DNA of 64,000 nt, from assembly GCF_008831285.2 (NCBI RefSeq), contig NC_045138.2:11346001-11410000 (forward strand). The letters run 5' to 3'. Shown in pieces: positions 27,953-39,881 of the stretch. The DNA comes from Nymphaea colorata. Taxonomy: Eukaryota. Below the pieces are notes generated by a model that saw only the letters and a program-made list of their open reading frames with translations, was not told the DNA's origin and made no database searches. The position numbers were made by a program, and so were the translations under genes. Numbering within the stretch: the stretch's first letter is position 1; every line of letters starts with the position of its first letter.

Positions 27953-30680
27953 GTCTGGACGAGTGATGGTCAAATATAAAAATTTTCCGATCAGAGATCT
28001 GTAAGATCGAGAGTCAAAAGTCTTTGATTCATCATCATGAATATGAATCCGAGGATTCATAGGAAGTGTGACAGGTTTGACCCTCAATAATTCTGTTTCC
28101 TACAAAAGATCAAGAACATATTTCCTCTAAGACATCACAACCGCTTTACCAGTACGAGCCACTTCAATACCAAGAAAATAACGGAGTTGACCAAGGTCTT
28201 TTGTGACAAAGTGTTTCTGTAAAAACTCCTTTGTCTTAGCTATCTCTTGATTACTTTCTCCTGTGATAACAATGTCATCAACATATACAATCAATATCAC
28301 TATACCATCTGTGCTGCGCTTGATAAACAATGAATGATCAAGTTGGGATCTTTGAAAGCCACACTTAAATATAATCTCACTTAGCTTATGAAACCATGTG
28401 CGGGGACTTTGTTTAAGTTCATAGATAGCCTTTTTGAGTTTGCATACCTTAAAACACTCCCCCTGACGTTCAAAACCAGGTGGTTGTTGCATATAAACCA
28501 TTTGCGAGAGAGGTAATTAGGCGAATAGTACCTAACCTTGCCACTGGTGAAAACGTCTCAAAGAAGTCAACCCCATAAGTCTGTGTATAACCTTTTGCAA
28601 CAAGACGTGCTTTGAATTGGTTGACGGAACCATCAGAATGATATTTGATAGTGAATACCCATTTGGAGCCAACAACATCACAATCTAGTGGGGGATCCAC
28701 CAAGTCCCAAGTCTCCCGAGAGAGAAGAGCATCCATTTCCTCCTGTATAGCTTGCTTCCACCGAGAATCTAACAAGGCTTGGTGGTGAGATGATAGGATA
28801 GTGTGACTACACATAGCTCGATCAAACTGCACCAAACTTGTACTCAAATGATTCATAGAAATAGAGTTAGAGATCAAATGCATGGTGCACTGTCGTCGGC
28901 CCTTACGAATGGCAATTGGTAGATCATCTGCATATAAGTCATCATTTCTACTTGAGTCAGTCTTATCAGTGGAACTTACCTCATGAGAAGATGTTGGTGG
29001 ACAGTTGGAAGAGAGATTTTGACGACGAGTATAGACAAGTGGAGGATCACGGAAACGATCACAAGACGACAGTGGAGAAGAAGGAAAAGACTCAAGTGAA
29101 ATTGGAGGAATAGGAAGAGGAATAGAAACTGGATGCTCAGACATGGTAGAACACGAAGTGGAAAAATATCGACGAGACTCAAATAATGTAACATCCGCAC
29201 TGACAATCTCTTTCTTGGTCTAGGGATCAAAGCACCGATACCCTTTTTGATTGGCAGAATAACCAATGAACAAACATTTAATAGCCTGGGCAGTAAGTTT
29301 GTTTCTATTTGGGCCTAAGATGTGTGCAAAGCAGGTGCATCCAAATACTTTTAGAGGTATATGAAATAATGGTCTATCTGGGTATAGTAATTGGATGGGG
29401 ATGCGTTCCTGAATGGCAGACGAGGGCAATCGGTTAGTGAGATAGTAAGGTGAGATAGTAAGCTGTAAGAATTAATATCACCCCAAAAGTAGGCGGGCAT
29501 ATGAATGTGTAACATGAGGGTACGAGCCACATTTAGAAGCTGACGATGTTTACGTTCTGCGACACCATTTTGTTGAGACATGTGGGGATATGTATGTTGT
29601 GGTCGAATCCCATGATTGGCATAAAATTGAAGTAGAACAGAAGATTTAAATTCAAGAGCATCAGTGCGAATATTTTTGACAATGCAATCAAACTGAGTTT
29701 TTATTTCCTTGATAAATCTATGAAGAATACAAATGACTTCAAACCTTTTCCATAACAAAAATACCCAACTGACTTTGGTAAAATTATCAACTAAAACAAG
29801 GTAATACCAAAAATGTGAACGAAAAGAAACCCGACTTGGACCCCAAACATCAACATAAACTAGATCAAAAGGACTCTGACTCGATGGAAAACTACTATGT
29901 GTATGCTTGCCTAACTGGCATGCTTCACATAGGAAAGACTCTGATGCAGGAATATCTGGAAACATGCGACGAAGTTTGGACACAATGGGATGACCCAGTC
30001 TGAGATGCCACTGCAAAGGAGTCGGCTTCGATGTGAATGATGATGCAGCAACATTGACTGGGGTAGAGAGAAAGTAGAGTCCCTTCGTTCATGGCCACCA
30101 CCAATCGTCTTCCTAGTTTGTAAGTCCTGAAAAGAACATGAACCAGGATAAAAAATAACTATACACTATAAGTCTTTAGCCAATTGCTTAATAGATAACA
30201 GATTAATAGGAAATTTAGGAGCATATAGCACATGGGTAATGGTGCCCAAAGATGTGAGGTAGATATCCCCGCTGCTCAGAATAGGTGACAATTTGCCATC
30301 AGCCAATCTGACGTGCTGTGGTGTAGTGAACCTGGTTAATGATAGAAACATATGTGGCTGATTACAACAATGCCTAGAAGCTCCTGACTCGATCATCCAT
30401 ACCATACCTGGGTCAGTGGTAGGGGCACCAACAGTGAAAGCCGACTCTACTGTAGCAGTGCTGGTAGATGCAGGGGAGGACCTCTAAGCAAGAACTAGAT
30501 CATATTCCTCCTTACTTAAGTTGAGAGAGTATGATGGAGCAGAGGTAGAAGATTCAACCATAGAAGCTGTAGCCTATGAGGAAGGTGCATTAGACGAAGA
30601 AGGCCCCTTTCCTATAAAGGTTCTCCCTCCACCGCGCCCTGATGACCCAGTAGAACGAAGATGAGGATGTTTGTTCCAAG

Positions 30681-31149
30681 ATCGTCAGATTCCTTACCAC
30701 AATCAAATTGAAGGTACTCTTCTTGTGGAGTCCTTCTTTGTACACATTTTCTTTGATTAAGGTGCCTCCTATTCCTTTGTCTCCAATAGACTAGCCACTT
30801 TTTTTATATTCATGATGAACTTATAAGTTACATGCAATCTCTAGTATGGGATTTTGGACTTATTGCATCCAGTATTTGCTTGATGTACTTATTAAGATCT
30901 CAGGGGTAGTATGTCCTGTTGAGTTGATCATTGTTGATCAATAGGGCTTTGATGTAATCCTAGGTATGGATTGACTTTACGAGTGTGATGTCCATATTGA
31001 TTGTCATGCCAAACATGTTTTTATTCATGCTTCTGAAGCAAGTTTTATGGAATTCAAAGCTCAAACATGCAAAGTATCATCTCATTTGGCATCCCTTACA
31101 CTATGTGTGTAGCAAAGCATTCACTCTGAGAGATTACCCATATGGTAAT
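30681..31149 (+). pseudogene. Tekay/Del Gypsy aspartic protease remnant
   Basis: Translates as IEGTLLVESFFVHIFFD*GASYSFVS and GFDVILGMD*L (RVP_2-like motifs). Confidence 0.7.
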
Positions 31150-34100
31150 TGTAATCACCCCAATTTTTTTTTAAAAATATTATGATGTTTCATCCAAGCA
31201 CGAAACTCAAATTTAGATCCAAATTAAATCCAAAATACAACTTTCATATCCAAATTAGATCCAAAACCCAAGTTCAGATCCAAATTGATCATTTAAGACC
31301 CATTTGCCCATCCTTTTAGCCAAAAAATCTCATTTTAGAGGGTGATTTTAGTATTTTTGGGTGGATAATACCAATTTGCCCTTTCTTTTGACAAAAAAAT
31401 TCTCTTTTAGAGGGTGATTTTAGTCTTTTTGGGTGGACAAGACCCATTTGCCATTCCTTTTGACCAAAAAATCTCTTTTAGAGGGTGATTTTAGTCTTTT
31501 TGGGTAGACAAGACCAATTTGCCCTTCATTTTGACCAAAAAATCTCCTTTTAGATGGTGATTTTAGTCTTTTTGGGTAGACAAGACCCATTTGCCCTTCT
31601 TTTTGACCAAAAAAATATCTTTTTAGAGGGTGATTTTAGTCTTTTTGGGCGGACAAGACCAATTTGCCTTTCCTTTTTACCAAAAAACCTCCTTTTAGAG
31701 GGTAATTTTAGTCTTTTTGGGTGGACAAGACCCATTTGCCCTTCTTTTTGACCAAAAAATCTCCTTTTAGAGGGTGATTTTAGTCTTTTTAGGTCAAAAA
31801 ATTCAAATTTAGGGTTTTGGATCCAAAATCTTCTATAAATACCCCCCATTTTACCCCCTCTTGGGTAAGATTGGCCCTTGGGAGAAACTCTAGTGTATTC
31901 TCACTTGAAGACTTAGAGTTTCTCTTGAGCTCTCTCTCTCTCCCTCTTCCTCTCTCCATTTTCCTATCCAACTTGGAGCAAGCTACAACCCTCTTGGAGG
32001 CATCATCTTGGAGCTTCACTCAAAGAAGATTTCAAGTGAAGGTGTTTATCTTCCTCAGGTCATTTCTCATTAGAGGTATGTAATCATAATCCCTTTCATT
32101 TCTTTTTTTTTTTTCTTTTTTTCATCTTCCTCTCCCCATGGCCAAAGGAGATAGCCCTCAACCTCTTTTTAGAGACAAGAGGCTATGCTCAAGTGTACCG
32201 GGAGTATGAGAAGATGAGATGATATTTTATTTTATGATTAAAATCATATTTTTTCAAGTATTCTTGTTGTTGTTATTTTTTATTAATATGTTCTTATTAT
32301 TATGCTATTCTTTTTTATTGAACACAATCTTGTTGATTGTTTTCATTTTCTCTTCTCATCTTCATCTCCCCATGGCCAAAGGAGATAGCCCTCAACCTCT
32401 TTTTAGAGACAAGAGGCTATACTCAAGTGCACCGAGAGCATGAGAAGATTAGATGATATTTTATTTTATGATTAAATCATGCTCTTTCAAGTATTCTTGT
32501 TGTTGTTGTTCTTTCCCTTCATGAATATATTCTTGTTGTTATTGTTATTTTCTTTCTTCAATATAACTTTGTTCTTGTTATTTTCTTTTCTCTCTTTCTC
32601 CTCTCCCTATGACCAAAGGAGATAGCACTCAATCTCTTTTTAGAGACAAGAGGCTATGCTCAAGTGCATTGGGAGCATGGAAGGATGAGATGATCTTTCA
32701 TTTCATGATTGAATCATGCTTTCTCTTTTATTAAATATGACATTGTTTTTTTTCTATATTTTATCCTCATCTTCATCTCCCTATGGCTAAAGGAGGTAGA
32801 ACTCAATCTCTTTTCAAGAGGCTATGCTCAAGTGCACCGGGAGCATGGAAAGATGAGATGATCTTTCATTTTAATCATGTTCTTTCTTTTCATTAATACA
32901 TTCTTATTGTTCTTTTGCTTCCTCTTATTTTCCTATATTCCTTATTTTTCCATGGCCGAGATAGCTCTCAATCTCTATTTTAGAATCAAGAGGCTATACT
33001 CAAGTGCACCGCGAACATGAGAAAATAAAGTGACATATCATTTCATAGTTACATCATGTCCTCCCTCCTAATTAAACCTTGCACTTTCTGTCATCCTCTT
33101 TCTCTTTTTCCTTCCTTGAATGTTGTCTATATATTTTCCATGCATAGTTGTTTGGTTTTCTACTTATATGTGAATGTATGGTGGGAATAAGAGTGTGGTT
33201 TGGGGACTCTTTATTTTCATATTAATTTTTGAGGTTGGGACTTGTCCAACCCGAGATAAACCTTCACGAAAATATACATGTTAATATGCATTTGCATGTC
33301 ATTTTACGCTAGTTTCCTTCTTAATCATCCCATTAGAAACCCTAACGAGTGTCTCGTTATGTTGCTTGTTTTCTTCCATACCCAACGGTGGAAGAAATAT
33401 ATCCCTTACAACAAACTAAATAATAACATTCTATGCTTATTTTCCAAAACATTTTCAAAAGAAACCTTCTAACAAGGCCCTAGGGACTTTGCTTAACTCT
33501 TGTATGAGTTCAAGCTCCCTTCCGGCCCACATTAAACTTGAAGTTGATAATTTTAAGTTATTCTTTGATTTCTAATATTGTGAAGGTATGGATGTATACA
33601 CATGTTATATACATCTATGCCAACATGATGACCCTCCATCTTTCTCTCTTTATGCTTTCACTTTTCATTTTATAAATTTTCATATGTGCATGAATACGTA
33701 TGTACATGTGCTCTATTTCCTCTCTTTAAAATATTTATTCCACTTTTCAAGACAAATATCTTCTCTTATAAAATTTCTCAAACCCATTTATATGTATGAT
33801 ATTTTTCTTTTCATCTAAAATTTCTCTTTTTCTTCAAATCAATACATCTTTTTCTCTTAAGCTTTCATATATGTGTATATGTGATGGTATGTACACATCT
33901 ATGCATGTCTTCCTCTATCTCTTTCTCTTTCTTTTCATAAGAGTGTTTTATCTCTTGTATTCTTTTTAACATTCTCCTATCATGATATTTTTATCTACCA
34001 ACTTCATTAAAACCACAAACCAAGTAATGACCCAACATTGAAGTCATGCTTGATGGTCTACAATCTCAATTCCCTTTCAAAAAATTTCCCTTCTTATATA

Positions 34101-34693
34101 CAACAAGAAAAACCTTAGATGTTTGTTGTGGTAGGAATGACTTTAGATGAATATTGTGGTAGGAATGTTTTACATTCTTTCAATCATATAGGATAAATGC
34201 ATCCATACATTCTCACCCACTTTATTTTACTTATGATCACAAGCACCTCTCCAAAAGAACTTAAGCAAGATAGGATGGAGCTCTAGCTAGGTGGTAACCG
34301 AATTAGAACAAAATCTCAAACCTACTTAAAGTCTTAAGAGAACACTAAAGTGATTTCAAAATGATTTCACAAGCTTTTCAAAGAATACTTACTAATTCCA
34401 CTTTTTCCTCAACACATTTCACATTTTCAAGCAACCCTTCAAGAGTCTTTTCAAAAATTTGAAACATAAAACTTTCAATATTTTCTACACCGCATATAGA
34501 ATCAAAAAAATGTTTAAGTTAAAACGAAATGCATCAATGATGAACATAGCCCTTGGGTTGATTACCCCCGGTAAAGGTGCCGGGAACGGTCAATCCTCGT
34601 ACCGACGGGCAAGTCCCTTTTCTTTCTTATTTCAAAACAAAACTCAATTTTTTTGAAGCACTCCAAAACCAATAAAATTTTGGGATGCAAACA
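31150..34693 (+). repeat. 5' LTR (3544 bp)
   Basis: TGTAATCACCC...GGGATGCAAACA; highly similar to 43828-46850; TATAAATA at ~31833. Confidence 0.95.
31300..31792 (+). repeat. ~72-bp tandem repeat, 7 copies, in 5' LTR U3
   Basis: TAGAGGGTGATTTTAGTC recurs at ~31336, 31408, 31479, 31551, 31624, 31696 and 31768. Confidence 0.9.
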
Positions 34694-34715
34694 GATGACG
34701 ACCGTGATGGGACCC
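34694..34715 (+). promoter_or_regulatory. Primer-binding site, tRNA-Arg-like (one mismatch)
   Basis: gaTGACGACCGTGATGGGAC directly after the LTR end resembles the TGGCGAC... tRNA-Arg PBS typical of Ogre elements. Confidence 0.6.
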
Positions 34716-35493
34716 GTCATTGTTTGGCTATGATTATAATTGATGCATTTCTACAAACTTGTACATCTCATACATTGCCAATGATAAAGCATGTCCCCTA
34801 TTTTGGCCTCGACCCCATTGGCATTTCATTGCATTGTTTGATGATTATGATTGTTTTCTTGCACATAGGACTAATTGAGGATGATCAATCATGCTCACAT
34901 ATATCTATGATCACATACCACCCTTCTCAATTTAGGAGTTGTTTGAAAACCATGTTTGCTCTTCTATTTTAATCATCAAACTTAGGCAACATTGCATTAG
35001 AGACAACTCATCTTTTATGATTTCTCATATTTCAAAATTCCTCATACCTATTTGTCCTGGTCATCATGTTGCCGGGCTTGGTCTTTGGCGGTAGCACAAG
35101 ACTAAGCCTTGCAACTATGCCACACCTTGGGCGGAAAAGCCCCCTCGTTAGTACCATGAGTGGTAATTTATGGTATATCGACGAGTGATCAAGAAGAAGT
35201 TGATGAACTCTACCCTTAGTTGCCTAAGGAAGAATCTATGCTCGTACTAAGCCATGTGGCTAAGGTATATAAACATAACTTGATATCAAATTATCATGAC
35301 ACGAAATTATCTCAATTAGGTTCCTATACCCAATTTTCTAAAAAAAAAATTATTTCATGATAGATGTTGATGTGCGTGAAAACTTATGTGATGATTTACA
35401 ACCTCATTCCACACATCTACCTCATATTGTCTTTGTCAACCTAGTCAATGTTTTCCACTAATTCAATCTTTATCTTTTAGAGTCATCATCAAG

Positions 35494-36690
35494 ATGTATT
35501 CTTTTCAACGTGGTGTCACATTCCCTTATGATCACATCCTCTTTGGGGAAGGTCCCGAACGGTCCACCTACATTTCTCTTGAGTCTAAACCTTTGGCTCC
35601 CGAATGGTATCGGACTTGGCATCCCACGTTCTCTCGGATGTTTCCTTCTTACTTTGAAGAATGTGGGTTAGAGACAGTGGCAACTGAAGGAATGCAGTCA
35701 GTTGATGGAAAGTTGGTACATGCAATCGCCGAGCGTTGGAACCTAAGGACCTCCACTTTTTGGTTTCCATTGGGAGAAATGACAATATTACTAGATGAAT
35801 TTACTGAAATAATAGACCTCCCTACCCCAACTTGTGACCCAAATGATCTGTTGGAAAAACAATTCCTTATGAACCCAACCAAGGTCAATGCAAATGACCT
35901 CATTGCTCACTTTACTGGACGAAAAACTTGGCCTTTAGTAGAAAACCATGAAAATCAAAGAATCAACATGAAAAATTTGTATGAAGAATTTGGAACATAT
36001 GTTGAACCTTCTACCCTACCTCGAAAAGCCATAGGGAGAATTAAACATTGTATGATGCTCTGCACAGTAGGAGTGTTTTTTTATCGATGAAAGCGACCTT
36101 TTAGATGTCGGTATTGCCCAACTTTTTCGAGTATGGGGGCATACAGGGACCGACACTTGTCAGTAATAATGATAGCCTTAGCCTTCCTTTACCGAGGACT
36201 CACCCGCTTTACCATTGGAGATACCGACTTCATAGAAGGATGCACATATGCTTTGCAATTATGGTTCCTCAAGCATGCGGGACCCCAAGCCAGTCTATTC
36301 AGAAACACTGATGAATCATTGACAACCTTGGAGCAATACCGTCGTTTGATCGAGCAATTGAATGAAGGAGAGATCATTTGGGATTATTGTGATCGTCGGC
36401 AGAGCCTACCTCGATACACTCACCACCATCATGGGCATACCACACTCTTGGGCCCTTACTTCATAGTTGATTATTGTGCTGATAGATGTATGAGGCAATT
36501 CTTTCAAAGGCAGAAGATGGTCTCTGTGCATGCACCAATTGGAGCTATTCCCGAATTCGACCTTAATTCTCCTCAATGGACGACATTGTTTGCAGTAGCT
36601 CGACAAGAATGGAAGACACATATATCATACACTTGGTTCACAGGCCCAGTGGTGAAGAAGGAATATGCTGAGTGGTGGGATGCCAACTGA
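35494..36690 (+). pseudogene. Ogre extra ORF1 with Plant Mobile Domain (PMD; MAIN/MAIL-like), ~399 codons, disrupted near 36088
   Basis: LVHAIAERWNLRTSTFWFPLGEMTILLDEFTEIIDLP, ALAFLYRGL, GCTYALQLWF and YCADRCMRQF match hallmark PMD motifs. ORFs 35494-36090 and 36133-36690 are in the same frame. Confidence 0.85.
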
Positions 36691-36868
36691 CCACCATCCA
36701 TCCTTCCCTAAAAGTTTTATGTTGTCAACTTTGTATTCCTTCTGTCATTGTCATCTTTATTAGTATCTTTGGATGTAACTTTTAAAACTTGTAATGCAAT
36801 ATGAACCTTCATTTTGTCAATTACTCTATTTTCTTGTGTCATAAGGTGAATACTTGAAAGCCAACAAG

Positions 36869-38600
36869 ATGGTTGAAACTAGATCGCAAGCTAAGCAAGC
36901 TCCTCAGAATGAGGCTTCATCTTCTGAACTTTGGCCAGAAACACTTGGCCTACCAACAATCGAGCCAGAAGCTTACCATATGTTTCGTTTGTTCATGGAG
37001 CGATTCATGAAAGAGCAAGAAGAACAAAAGGCCTTGATGGTTACTCCAGAACCTGAGAATGAAAAGGTAGCCAAGCAGAAAAGAAAGAAGAAGAAGAACA
37101 AGTCCTCTCCTACAGATCAGGATGAAGATTATTTGAGTTCGGATTCGGCAATTAGTAAGGAAGAAAAACCTGAACTGCTTCCTTTCAAAAAGAAAAAGAC
37201 GACAAAAAGAAGCAAAAAAGGGAAAAGAAATTATGATATAAAACAGCTCACCCAGTCCTATCACCACTGAAAGTTCAGAAGAGAAAGCCTACCAAGAAAG
37301 TCAAAAAGACAAAGAAGTACATCACTAGCAGTAGCTCAGACAGTGAGAGTTCTAAAGAAAAAGTAAAGGAGATCAAGGGCAAGAAGAAAAAGACCAAGCC
37401 AGAATTGGTTGCAACAAGTGATGATGAAAGTCCAACTAAGCACAGATTCTATAAAATGGAGAAAAGAATGAACAATCTTGAGCTTAGGCGGAAGGGGAAA
37501 CATTCATACTCATGTGAGGACTACTACCAGGGCATTGAAGGGGACGAAGACGTGAAAGGCTTGCCCAAATAATTTATCAGATATGATGGAACCACTTGCC
37601 CACATGTTCATCTTTCAACGTTTTTCAATGATTACTACAAAATTCGAACAATAACAGAGCTTTGTTCCAATATTTTCCAAGAAGTCTTGAAGGCATTGCC
37701 GCACAATGGTACAAAGAAAATGTCAATCCAATTGAGCTGAAGGAATTTGACAAATTGATTAACATGTTTGTCGAAAGATTTGAACAAAATGCTCCCATGG
37801 CTCCAACCCTCAGTACCATTTGCAGTCTTCGTCAGAAACAGGAAGAAAAGGCTCGAGAATTTATCCAAAAATAGAGAATTCAATGCAATAAGATGAAGGA
37901 GCCCATTTCTGAGACACAAGCCTTGTCACTCATCAGGAAAAATCTTGCCCAACCCTTGAAAAGTTTCATCTGCAACGCCTCGATCAAAACCTTTACTGAG
38001 TTGATGGAACAAGCAAACTCAATAGAAGAAGGAATTGAGGAAGGAGATTTTGATGGAATTATTGCTCCTAAATACAAAGAAGATAGAAAGAAAGGAAGAA
38101 GGGCATAGTTGCCCACACACTTCATAGCCAATGCTGACATTAGAAAGGTTCGTGGCAACAACTACAAGCATGACAAGGAGGTCAGTTTCAAGAAGAACTC
38201 GCAGTTTCTCAAAGACGACGATGAAAGGAAAAACAAACACCTAGGTTGGAGCTACGACCGAAAATTCACTCCTCTCAGTCAGTCTCATGAGAAGATCCTC
38301 GAATACCTTCTCGCCAAAGGAACTATCGTCTTGCCAAAAGTATCTGAGCCTCCGAGAATGATGGGAGGAAATAAAGAATTCATTGTGCCCCTGGTCATGA
38401 CACTGAGGATTATTTTTTCCTCAAAAAAATTATTCAAGACTTCATCAACAAAGATCTCAAGATGGGTGATGATCGCGTCCCTGAGGTGTTGAGGAATCCA
38501 TTTCCTGACCATGGGAAGGTGGCAGTGGCCATGATCACCATAGGCACTCCACTTCCATATCATCCGCAGGAGCACATCTGACCTTGTGGTGGAAGTAGTT
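36869..38600 (+). pseudogene. Gag (retrotransposon gag domain), frameshifted
   Basis: MVETRSQ start, Lys/Ser-rich N-terminus, YDGTTCPHVHL, FQYFPRSLEGIAAQWY, SLRQKQEEKAREFI, RKFTPL, RNPFPDH. Confidence 0.85.
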
Positions 38601-38614
38601 CACATAAAGTCAAG

Positions 38615-39726
38615 GTGATAGATCAAGGTGGGAAACCTTTGGATTTTATTGCTCTGATGAATGAAAAGATAGAAGGTTCATCCGAAAAACTTCCAATAAT
38701 CCCAAAGACTTTTATCTTACAAATCGGTGATGATGAATCATCAAATGACTCTCTAGATGAAGATTCAAGCTACTGGGGTAAAGTCCTCCCCTTGGAAGAA
38801 CGTATAGTTGAAGGAGATTGGATTCGACCCTCTAAGGACCAGTCAATTACCTTTTCAGAGAAGGATCTCTCAAAATGGGGATATTTTCATGAAGATGCTC
38901 TTTACATCGTCGTCCAAGTCAATGGAATGACTGTGCCACATGTATTGATTGACGGAGGAAGTGGCTTAAATATTTGCCCCGATCTCACGGCCAAAGCTTT
39001 GGGATTTCGTGAAGACAAATATCGTTCCGATAATACCAAGATCTATGGATACGATGGCCGAGGCATGAACAGCAAAGGTACCCTCGACATGAATGTGCTC
39101 ATTGAAAATACTAGCCATTGCATTGTATTTCACGTGGTAGATGCACCACCATCATACAACTTGCTTTTGGGACGACCTTGGATCCATCAAGTATGAGGGA
39201 TCCCATTCACTCTTCATCAATGCCTGAAATGGAGTTTTGGTCCATCAGTCATCACTGTCCGTGCTGAGGATCCGGTCGAGAGGTTGATGCAACCCATGCT
39301 CCCTAGGCCAATTGATCCGGTGGATGTACCGAGCATAAGAACAACAAAGGACAAACCTTTAGAAGAATGGATGCAGAACATGGAGATAGGGGAACCATCC
39401 GTGAATGCTTATACTATTTCAAGCAATCGTGCAAGTTACCAAGAATACCCATTGAATGTTCATTTCATGAAAAATCCTAAGGGTTTTCAATTGCTTCTGA
39501 AATGTGGCTACCGTCCATTCACTGGCCTCGGGAAAAATGAAGATGGCATCTTGCAACCGATTAGCATCACTTTTCAGATGAACATGAGAGGACTGGGATA
39601 TCACGAAGAAATTTGAAGAAGATCTTGGGGGCTAACAGTATTCACTTTTGTTTCAAAATCCTCTCATGAATTTTGTAATTTTAAACATCTTTTTGTTTGG
39701 TCTCATGAGAGGACCCATTCTATGAA
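38615..39726 (+). pseudogene. Aspartic protease plus G-patch region
   Basis: VLIDGGSGLNI and YNLLLGRPWIH; G-patch-like KGFQLLLKCGYRPFTGLGKNEDGILQPI at ~39479-39562. One frame with TGA stops at 39194 and 39614. Confidence 0.85.
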
Positions 39727-39734
39727 GTAAGAAC

Positions 39735-39815
<81 letters not shown>

Positions 39816-39880
39816 AATGCAAGTAATCTTTTGTTGTCGATTTTAATTTCGTCCAACTCTTTCCTTTATCTTCTTTATAG
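39727..39880 (+). other. Putative Ogre-type intron between protease and RT, containing (AT)~37
   Basis: AA|GTAAGA donor, pyrimidine tract ending TTTATAG|G. Splicing makes AAG and joins the PR frame to the RT frame while removing the TAA at 39728. Confidence 0.7.
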
Positions 39881-39881
39881 G

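Larger units (their letters stand above)
25990..30679 (-). mobile_element. 5'-truncated Ty1/Copia retrotransposon (pseudogenised pol plus 3' LTR remnant)
   Basis: Order: end of gag Zn knuckle (WNKHPHL), protease (WMIESGASRH), GAG-pre-integrase (WHLRLGHP), integrase (QQNGVAERKHR), RT (YVDDIV), RNase H (YSDADYAG, HERTKYIEVDCH). PPT GAGGGGGAG at ~26243-26251. Many stops and frameshifts; LTR boundary approximate. Confidence 0.9.

Noticed and set aside
31550..31849. Basic repeating-peptide ORF (PKRLKSPSKRRFFG)
   Set aside because: Antisense translation of the 72-bp LTR tandem repeat; only partly present in the other LTR.
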